From a virus: DNA of 64,000 bases. Below the pieces are notes generated by a model, which saw only the letters and a list, made by a program, of their open reading frames with translations, was not told the origin of the DNA and did no database searches. The position numbers and the translations under genes were made by a program. The stretch covers positions 10,094-74,093 of IMG/VR virus record IMGVR_UViG_3300025141_000062; one strand, given 5' to 3'. Below, in pieces: positions 49,596-56,849 of the stretch (position 1 is the first letter of the stretch; every line of letters starts with the position of its first letter).

Positions 49596-50807
49596 GTGGC
49601 TATATGCATTAATAAAAATCTAATTGGCAGTGAAAGTCATCTTGTCTATGATGGAAGTACATTTTCATGGAAGAGCTTGATTCCTAAAGACTCATGGCTT
49701 TGTGGATTTTCTGAGCGACACGTAAGAAGCATAGACATAATCTCAGAGGCTCTCGGCGATAAAATTCAAACTTCACCCGGTGAAAATTATGAGAAAGCAT
49801 GGAGCACAGTTAGGCCCGATGGGCTTACAAACATTCCGCTTTCAAAAGCTCTTCAGCGTGATGTATTCCAAGCTTATATAGAGCGCCTTGTGGACCAATC
49901 CTGGAATCTTCTTGCAAGTTGTCAAGGTAAATATCATACTAAAGAGTTCCTGACAATACGCAGCTTTCTGCTAGGTTTGGGCCAATGCAAAATTGATATA
50001 AAGTCACTATATAAAGTTCTAGACAGTGAATCTGAAAATGGATCGTCTCTAAGATCATTTATACCTGATTCAAGTGGATTTATTCCCAAGGTGATGTACA
50101 GCCAGATTTCGTCATGTAGCGGCAGGCTAACAGTTAAAAGTGGCCCTTCAATCTTGACCCTAAGAAAAGATAGAAGAAAATTTTTTAGATCTGCTAAACA
50201 CAATGGAAATATAGTTCAAGTAGACTTTGTATCACTAGAACCAAGGGTTGCTCTATCACTATCTAAAAACTATCCCAAGGGTGATGTGTATGAGAAGATT
50301 AGAAGAGATGTTCTTGATTCAAGTGTGACAAGAGATGTTGCTAAGATTGCAACGATTGGATCACTGTACGGAATGTCTGCCAGCAGGATGTCAAGCGTGA
50401 TATCTGTTGAAGACATATCTTTGTGCAAGACAATATTAAAAAAAATAAGAGAATATTTTAAGATACCAGATATTGAAAAATCACTTAAGAAGGAGTCAAA
50501 GATCTCTGGAAAAATTCTAAGCCACTATGGCAAAGAGATGAGTGTTGACCAAGAGCCGGGGCATATTTTAGTAAATAGGTTTATACAGTCAACATCATCT
50601 GATGCAGCAATTCTTGGATTTTCTCTATTTAGAGAGATGATATCTAAAGCCGAAATAGATGCATCACCCGTGTTCGTAATTCACGATGCACTTATTCTTG
50701 ATGTCTGCGGAGAAGATGTTGAAAAGCTTAAGTTGCTTACCAGCGAATTCTCAGCACTTCCTGGTCTTGAAGGGTCTTTTCCTCTTTCATTTGAGATTAT
50801 CTCATAA
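49596..50807 (+). CDS. Family A DNA polymerase, polymerase domain only
   Basis: SGRLT, motif A VDFVSLEPRV, motif B RDVAKIATIGSLYG, NRFIQST, motif C VIHDALILD. Confidence 0.8.
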   Translation: MAICINKNLIGSESHLVYDGSTFSWKSLIPKDSWLCGFSERHVRSIDIISEALGDKIQTSPGENYEKAWSTVRPDGLTNIPLSKALQRDVFQAYIERLVDQSWNLLASCQGKYHTKEFLTIRSFLLGLGQCKIDIKSLYKVLDSESENGSSLRSFIPDSSGFIPKVMYSQISSCSGRLTVKSGPSILTLRKDRRKFFRSAKHNGNIVQVDFVSLEPRVALSLSKNYPKGDVYEKIRRDVLDSSVTRDVAKIATIGSLYGMSASRMSSVISVEDISLCKTILKKIREYFKIPDIEKSLKKESKISGKILSHYGKEMSVDQEPGHILVNRFIQSTSSDAAILGFSLFREMISKAEIDASPVFVIHDALILDVCGEDVEKLKLLTSEFSALPGLEGSFPLSFEIIS

Positions 50808-50818
50808 GAAATTTAAAA

Positions 50819-50847
50819 ATGAACAAATACTAGAATTACATTAAAAT
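50819..50847 (+). promoter_or_regulatory. Sigma70-like promoter
   Basis: ATGAAC-N17-TAAAAT then SD AGGAG. Confidence 0.5.
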
Positions 50848-50865
50848 ATCCATAGGAGATTTAAA

Positions 50866-51447
50866 ATGAACATAGAAGACATTGAAAGCAATTGGGCAAT
50901 GTTTGAAAAATTATGCAAAAGGATATCTGATCAAAATATAAATCTAATGATAGATGCACTTGGTGAAAGACTTTCTGTTTCACCTGCCAGCACAAGAACA
51001 GATCAGTACAATGCACATCCAGGTGGGCTTGTTAAACATAGCCTTGACGTAACTTCAAATTTAAGAAGCATGAATGACGCACACAATCTAAACTTACCTA
51101 TAAGATCGATAATTCTAGTAGGCCTGCTTCATGACATCGGAAAAGTGGGTGATTTAAACAGTGACCACTTTATCCCTCAGGATTCTGACTGGCACAGGGA
51201 GAAGCTCGGACAGATGTTTAAGTATAATGAGAATTTAAACAAGATGTCAGTATCTCATAGATCTCTATTTTTACTTCAAAGCTTTCATGTAAAGCTTACA
51301 CAGGATGAGTGGATTGCTATACAGCTAGCTTCTGGACCTCACTTTGAGGAAAATAGATTCTATGTTGGGCATGAGCCCACACTTGCACTAGCCCTCCAGC
51401 AAGCTAAGTCATTGACAGTTCATCAATTTAAGAACAGTAATAGCTAG
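50866..51447 (+). CDS. HD-domain phosphohydrolase
   Basis: SPAS...AHPGGLVKHSL, GLLHDIGK. Confidence 0.8.
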   Translation: MNIEDIESNWAMFEKLCKRISDQNINLMIDALGERLSVSPASTRTDQYNAHPGGLVKHSLDVTSNLRSMNDAHNLNLPIRSIILVGLLHDIGKVGDLNSDHFIPQDSDWHREKLGQMFKYNENLNKMSVSHRSLFLLQSFHVKLTQDEWIAIQLASGPHFEENRFYVGHEPTLALALQQAKSLTVHQFKNSNS

Positions 51448-51468
51448 TTGATCTAGATATTTATCTAT

Positions 51469-52176
51469 GTGAAAGATAAAGGCGAAAGCAAAACAGGTCT
51501 TGGATCTGGTAGTGGAATTAAGGTTCCAATGGGGCCTGCATTTACTGCATCTGATAGGTCGCAATATCTTGGGAGGCCAAGAAGACCAAGAATGAGCGGC
51601 GAGCTTGGGAGCCCAAGTCAGTCTGCAGATTCTGGATTTTCTTCAAGACTTGCCGGAGTAAACAAGGGATATGAGCTGGATATTGAAATGCCGCCAATGT
51701 TTCCAGACCAGGACGAAGACGTCGAGGAAGAAGAGGAAGGCGCTCCTATCATCATTATGCCCATATCAGAGTCGAGGTTTCGCCTTCTTGAGAATAGATA
51801 TAATAGGATAATGAGGAATTTAGGAATGTCACATTCAACTTTAAGAGTATTTATCAAAGAGATGATTGCAGAGGCAAAGGAAGACGAAGAAGCACTAAGA
51901 GATTATGGCGATGGATTTCTAAGATATGCTCCAGATCAATACGGATCACCGACAGGCCAGGACTATGTAGGCTCAGAGGAAGAAGAGGAAGAAGCAGATG
52001 AGCTTAGGGATAGATATTCTGTTTCATATAAAGGTGATATGGGATACAGGTCATATCACACGAGGCCAGAAGATGTCAGAGAGTCTGCACTAAGAAGAAT
52101 TATTAGAAGGGAAGCAAAAGAAATGCTTTCTAGTGAAGAAGACACAAAAAAAAAGATAAGAAAAAGAAGTCATTAA
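51469..52176 (+). CDS. Acidic low-complexity protein with LRxxIxE helices; probably extended to 52364 by -1 frameshift
   Basis: 235 aa; LRVFIKEMIAE, ESALRRIIRRE; ATATTTA at 51457; A9 run at 52146-52154. Confidence 0.6.
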   Translation: MKDKGESKTGLGSGSGIKVPMGPAFTASDRSQYLGRPRRPRMSGELGSPSQSADSGFSSRLAGVNKGYELDIEMPPMFPDQDEDVEEEEEGAPIIIMPISESRFRLLENRYNRIMRNLGMSHSTLRVFIKEMIAEAKEDEEALRDYGDGFLRYAPDQYGSPTGQDYVGSEEEEEEADELRDRYSVSYKGDMGYRSYHTRPEDVRESALRRIIRREAKEMLSSEEDTKKKIRKRSH

Positions 52177-52364
52177 GCAAGGATGAAGCTAGCGGAGCAG
52201 CAGCAGCTGGAGGCGGTCCAGCCACACCGCTTGGAACCGGACCTGACGGTGGAAAAGGTCGAGATAGCGGTGCAAGAGAAAGATCAATTTATGCTAATGA
52301 GAGAGGGTATGGTGGTGGAAAGAGGTCTACCGACTGGATGGTATACCCAATAAAAGGTTATTAA
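52155..52364 (+). CDS. -1 frame extension of the 51469 gene
   Basis: Open from the A9 run: DKKKKSLSKDEASGAAAAGGGPATPLGTGPDGG...WMVYPIKGY-stop; lacks its own start; fills the gap to the next promoter. Confidence 0.55.
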   Translation, partial: DKKKKSLSKDEASGAAAAGGGPATPLGTGPDGGKGRDSGARERSIYANERGYGGGKRSTDWMVYPIKGY

Positions 52365-52367
52365 CCG

Positions 52368-52396
52368 TTGAACATTTGATAATTTAATCGTATTAT
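52368..52396 (+). promoter_or_regulatory. Sigma70-like promoter for SSB/RecA cluster
   Basis: TTGAAC-N17-TATTAT. Confidence 0.6.
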
Positions 52397-52401
52397 ATAA
52401 C

Positions 52402-52423
52402 TTATGATCACGTGTGATCATAA
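52402..52423. repeat. Perfect inverted repeat at predicted transcription start
   Basis: TTATGATCAC-GT-GTGATCATAA. Confidence 0.7.
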
Positions 52424-52467
52424 TACAATATTGCCAATTTAACAATTTGATAATCTAGGAGGTTATT

Positions 52468-53241
52468 ATGGCATTTGACAGAGAGGCATTACAGCGTAGA
52501 CTTGACGCTTTAAGCGGAAATAGAAGAAAGAAGTCTTCAACATGGAGGCCAACCGAAGGCGAAGAGGCTACTGTTAGACTTCTTTCGTTTCCAAACAATG
52601 ATGGTCAGCCATTTAAGGAGCTGTGGTTTTATTATAACATTGGAAACAACCCTGGCCTTCTTGCACCATATCAGTTTGGCGATCCCGATCCAATTCAAGA
52701 TCTAATCAAGAAGCTTAGATCTGATGACAATCGAGATTCCTATGAGCTTGCGAAGAAGCTTTATCCAAAGATGAGAGTATATGCACCAATTATCGTAAGA
52801 GGTGAAGAGGATAAGGGAGTACAGATCTGGGGCTTTGGCAAGATGGTCTATCAGTCGCTTTTGAATATCATGCTTGATGAAGATTACGGTGATATCACTG
52901 ATCCGTCTTCTGGCCGTGACGTAAAAGTCACTTGCACAAGAGAGGCGGGAAGAAAGTGGGCAACGACTACTGTTCGACCAAGAGGTAAGGATTCTGCACT
53001 GTCTACAAAGGCAGACCAGGGCTCTGGGTGGATGTCAAACATACCAGACCCAACCCAGATGTATGAATGCAAGTCTCATGATGAGCTTACAAAAATTATC
53101 AATGACTGGCTAAATTCTGATCTTGATTCAGAAGATGATGAAGGAACTTCAATGGGAGGAAATCCCAAGGCGTCAACGACACCTACTGATGGATCTGGAT
53201 ACAAATCTCTTGATGATGCATTTGCTGATTTGATGGATTGA
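52468..53241 (+). CDS. Single-stranded DNA-binding protein (T4 gp32-like)
   Basis: WRP....ATVRLL, IWGFGKMVY, DYGDITDP..GRD, acidic tail LDDAFADLMD; SD AGGAGG. Confidence 0.8.
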   Translation: MAFDREALQRRLDALSGNRRKKSSTWRPTEGEEATVRLLSFPNNDGQPFKELWFYYNIGNNPGLLAPYQFGDPDPIQDLIKKLRSDDNRDSYELAKKLYPKMRVYAPIIVRGEEDKGVQIWGFGKMVYQSLLNIMLDEDYGDITDPSSGRDVKVTCTREAGRKWATTTVRPRGKDSALSTKADQGSGWMSNIPDPTQMYECKSHDELTKIINDWLNSDLDSEDDEGTSMGGNPKASTTPTDGSGYKSLDDAFADLMD

Positions 53242-53248
53242 AACTGTG

Positions 53249-53279
53249 GTTGCGGGGCATTGCCCCGCAACTCTATTTT
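53249..53279 (+). terminator. Stem-loop / terminator after SSB
   Basis: GTTGCGGGGCA-T-TGCCCCGCAAC then TCTATTTT. Confidence 0.7.
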
Positions 53280-53302
53280 CGATATTATACCTGGAGTGTA
53301 AA

Positions 53303-54445
53303 TTGCCAAAAACAAATGACTTTACTAGTGAGCTAATTAAATCTCTTAATAAAGAGCATGGAAGCCGTGTAGCATATAATTTAAGCCAAGACGAATCTCC
53401 TACTCATGTTAATCGGTGGATTAGTACTGGATCAAAGCTTCTTGACTATATCTGTTCAAACAGGCGAGACGGAGGTCTTCCAGAGGGTAGAATTGTAGAG
53501 GTATTCGGGCCACCATCAATTGGAAAGTCTCACATTGCAACACAGATTGCAAGGACAACCCAGCAGATGGGAGGAATTGTTGTGTATATTGACACAGAGA
53601 ATGCTACATCTGTTGAGAATCTAAAGATGCTTGGTGTAGATGTCGCTAGGCGTTTTGTATATGTCGATACACATTGTACGGAGGAAGTTCTTTCAATTGC
53701 TGAAGCGACAATTATGAAAGCAAAGGCTATGGACAAAAATATTCCTGTGACAATTGTATGGGACTCTGTGGCTGCTTCCTCTCCAAAGGCAGAGCTTCTC
53801 GGTGATTACGACAAGGAGTCAATAGGCCTTCAAGCCAGAGCAATTTCAAAGGGAATGAGAAAGATTACAGGCGTAATTGCAAATCAAAATGTCCTATTTG
53901 TAATTCTCAATCAGATCAGAACTAAGATTGGTGTTATGTACGGAGATCCGGACACCACCCCTGGCGGAAAGGCAATCCCATTTCACTCATCTACAAGAAT
54001 AAAGCTAGGAGCTGGTCAGCAAATTAAAGAAGGCGATGATGTTATTGGCATCCACGTCTCAGCAAAAACCATTAAGAATAAAGTTGCCCCTCCCTTTAGG
54101 AAGATTAACTTTGAAATTCACTTTGGTGTTGGAATTAAGGAGCATGAGCAGGTATTTGATATCTTAAGAAAGCACGGCCCAGAAGTTATCAAAGGGAATG
54201 AAGTTACAGTTTCTGGAACAGGAGCATGGAAGTGCTTTACTGTAACAAATGTCAAAACAGGTGAAGTGATGATTGAAAAGAAGTTTCATAAGCCAAAGTT
54301 TGATGAGATACTAAAAAATCCAGAATATTCAAAATATATTGATGATCTCTTAGAAGCAGCAATGGTTAAGAAGTTTAGTGAAGATCCAGATATCGACATT
54401 GAGTCATATGAGGAAGTAAGGTCTATCGCTCTTGAGATCGAGTGA
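53303..54445 (+). CDS. recA: RecA/UvsX-like recombinase
   Basis: ISTGS..LD, GGLPEGRIVEVFGPPSIGKS, YIDTENA, VWDSVAA, NQIRTKIGVMYGDPDTTPGGKA, KNKVAPPF; start set at TTG 53303 after SD GGAG. Confidence 0.92.
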   Translation: MPKTNDFTSELIKSLNKEHGSRVAYNLSQDESPTHVNRWISTGSKLLDYICSNRRDGGLPEGRIVEVFGPPSIGKSHIATQIARTTQQMGGIVVYIDTENATSVENLKMLGVDVARRFVYVDTHCTEEVLSIAEATIMKAKAMDKNIPVTIVWDSVAASSPKAELLGDYDKESIGLQARAISKGMRKITGVIANQNVLFVILNQIRTKIGVMYGDPDTTPGGKAIPFHSSTRIKLGAGQQIKEGDDVIGIHVSAKTIKNKVAPPFRKINFEIHFGVGIKEHEQVFDILRKHGPEVIKGNEVTVSGTGAWKCFTVTNVKTGEVMIEKKFHKPKFDEILKNPEYSKYIDDLLEAAMVKKFSEDPDIDIESYEEVRSIALEIE

Positions 54446-54451
54446 GCTCAA

Positions 54452-55429
54452 TTGAGTAAGATAAGGCCTGTAGTCCTAGTTGATGCATTTAATCTTTTTA
54501 TGCGTCACTATGTCGCCCACCCAGCAATGAGTGATCAAGGTCACCATGTAGGCGGAATAGTTGGATTCTTAAACGGATTAAAAAAGATATGTCTCGAAAT
54601 GTCACCATCAGATGTTGTTGTTGTATGGGAGGGCGGCGGATCAAAAAAGAGAAGAGACATTCTCTCTACTTACAAAATGAGTAGAAGACCTCAAAAGCTA
54701 AATAGATTTTATGAAAATGATGATATTCCCAATACCATTGAGAATAGAAATGATCAAATTACTTTCTTAATAAGCTCTTTAAAGAGGCTGCCAGTGATTC
54801 AGGTGTATGTTGATAGCTGTGAAGCAGATGATGTCATAGGCTATTTATCAAGATATAAGTTCAGAGATAATAAAAAAGTCATTATCTCTTCTGACAGGGA
54901 TTACTATCAGCTATTGGATAATGAGACTATTATTTACTCCCCCACATGGAAAAAGTTTGTTAATAAGAAAGAGGTTGTAGAAAAATTTGGAATAAGTCCG
55001 AACAACTTTTGTCTTGCAAAGGCAATATGTGGAGACCCATCTGATAATATAAAGGGAGTAAAGGGTGCAGGATTTAAGACTGTGTCAAAAAGATTTCCTA
55101 TGCTATCTACAGATGACGATTGCACAATATTAGACATAATATCAGAGGCTAGACAAAGGGCTCAAGAGAAGAGAGCACCTAAGATTTTTAAAGAAATAGC
55201 AAGCAGTGAGAGCCTAATTAGAACAAACTGGAGATTGACATATCTAGACACGTCAAACCTAGCTCACGAACAAATTAAAAAGATTGAAAGTTCAATTGAT
55301 ACTTTTACCCCCTTACCTAATAAAATATCAGTAATCAGGATGATGATAAAAAATGGAATTCAAAATCTTGATATTGACCACCTTTTTCTATCAATGAGGA
55401 ACATTGGAAAACGTAGTAATGATAAATGA
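54452..55429 (+). CDS. 5'-3' exonuclease / flap endonuclease (PolI N-terminal / T4 RNase H-like)
   Basis: LVDAFNL, EADDVIG, SSDRDYYQL, GDPSDNIKGVKGAG. Confidence 0.9.
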   Translation: MSKIRPVVLVDAFNLFMRHYVAHPAMSDQGHHVGGIVGFLNGLKKICLEMSPSDVVVVWEGGGSKKRRDILSTYKMSRRPQKLNRFYENDDIPNTIENRNDQITFLISSLKRLPVIQVYVDSCEADDVIGYLSRYKFRDNKKVIISSDRDYYQLLDNETIIYSPTWKKFVNKKEVVEKFGISPNNFCLAKAICGDPSDNIKGVKGAGFKTVSKRFPMLSTDDDCTILDIISEARQRAQEKRAPKIFKEIASSESLIRTNWRLTYLDTSNLAHEQIKKIESSIDTFTPLPNKISVIRMMIKNGIQNLDIDHLFLSMRNIGKRSNDK

Positions 55430-56813
55430 GTTTGCTTCTGAAGGACATGCACATTTTAAACAATATGGCAAGTCATTTCAGGAGAAGATCTTTCAGTGCT
55501 TGATCACTGACAAAAACTGGGCAACACAAATGTCGGAGGTTATGACTCCGACATACTTTGATCTAAAGTATTTAAGATATCTGTCTGAAAAGTATTTTAC
55601 ATACTATCTAAAATATAAGGATTTTCCAACACTCGCGCTGTTGATAACAATCATAAGAGATGATCTAAGGGAGGGCAAGGACGCAATTCTTAGAGATCAG
55701 ATAGTTGAGTTTCTTCATAGAATTAGAATGAATCCTGATATAGGTGATCTTCAGTTTGTTAAAGAAAAGACTCTTGATTTTTGCAAACAGCAGGCAATGA
55801 AAGAGGCACTAGAAGAGGCAGTTGAAAGAATATCTGATGGTAAGCTTGAATCTGTTATGGATCTTATGCGTCATGCACTTTCTGTTGGAATGCCAGCATC
55901 TATTGGTCATGATTTTATGGAAGATGCAGAAGCAAGATTTGTTCACATTAGCAGATGTGCATGCCCAACAGGAATTCCTCATCTTGATAAGAAGGACATT
56001 TTAAACGGAGGTCTAGGCAGAGGAGAGATAGGTGTCGTTACTGCAAATACAGGTGTAGGCAAAAGTCACTTTCTTGTAAATGTTGGCGCTGAAGCTATTA
56101 GGCGCGGAAAGAATGTCGTACATTACACTTTTGAACTTTCAGAAACAGCTGTAGGAATACGATATGACTCTAACTTTTGCGATATTCCAAGTAACGAAGT
56201 AATAGATAGAAAGGAAGAAGTTCTCAAGAAATACGAAGACATGGATCTTGGAAGATTAATCATTAAAGAATATCCAACAGGATCAGCAACAGTTATGATG
56301 ATTAGAAATCATCTTGAGAAGCTTTCTCTCAAGGGATTTGATCCAAGCTTGATAGTGATTGATTATGCAGATATTATGAGATCATCTAGAAAGTACGATT
56401 CCCTGCGGCACGAACTTAAACTAATCTATGAAGAGCTAAGAAATCTTGCAATGGATATGAACATACCTGTATGGACAGCATCTCAGGCAAATAGAGACTC
56501 AGCTAATTCTGATATTGTTGGACTTGAGAACATGTCAGAGGCGTATGGAAAGGCGATGGTTGCAGATGTTGTGATTTCTCTTTCTAGAAAGCCTGCTGAA
56601 AAATCAAGCGGGCTAGGAAGAATATTTATTGCAAAAAATAGAGCAGGCAGAGATGGTGTTCTGTTTCCAATGAAAATGGATACAGCTAGATCAAAAATCA
56701 TTGTTGTCGATAGTGATAGTGAGTTGACCCTAAGTGAGGCTCTTAAGTCAGATAATAATGACATGAGGACTATATTGAAGAATAAATGGAAGGAGATTAA
56801 CAGTACTAGTTAG
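55419..56813 (+). CDS. Replicative helicase (DnaB / T4 gp41-like)
   Basis: ANTGVGKS, YTFELSE, IIKEYPT, VIDYADIM, WTASQANR, KNRAG. Confidence 0.92.
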   Translation: MINEFASEGHAHFKQYGKSFQEKIFQCLITDKNWATQMSEVMTPTYFDLKYLRYLSEKYFTYYLKYKDFPTLALLITIIRDDLREGKDAILRDQIVEFLHRIRMNPDIGDLQFVKEKTLDFCKQQAMKEALEEAVERISDGKLESVMDLMRHALSVGMPASIGHDFMEDAEARFVHISRCACPTGIPHLDKKDILNGGLGRGEIGVVTANTGVGKSHFLVNVGAEAIRRGKNVVHYTFELSETAVGIRYDSNFCDIPSNEVIDRKEEVLKKYEDMDLGRLIIKEYPTGSATVMMIRNHLEKLSLKGFDPSLIVIDYADIMRSSRKYDSLRHELKLIYEELRNLAMDMNIPVWTASQANRDSANSDIVGLENMSEAYGKAMVADVVISLSRKPAEKSSGLGRIFIAKNRAGRDGVLFPMKMDTARSKIIVVDSDSELTLSEALKSDNNDMRTILKNKWKEINSTS

Positions 56814-56849
56814 TCTGCGGTAATTTTAAGAATCTTGGAGAAATTAAGA

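Noticed and set aside
53246-53302. ORF-track N-terminal extension of RecA (similarly 19440, 20942, 25500, 33848, 55404, 56835, 61613)
   Set aside because: Runs through a terminator hairpin or lacks an SD; downstream starts, mostly with better SDs, were preferred
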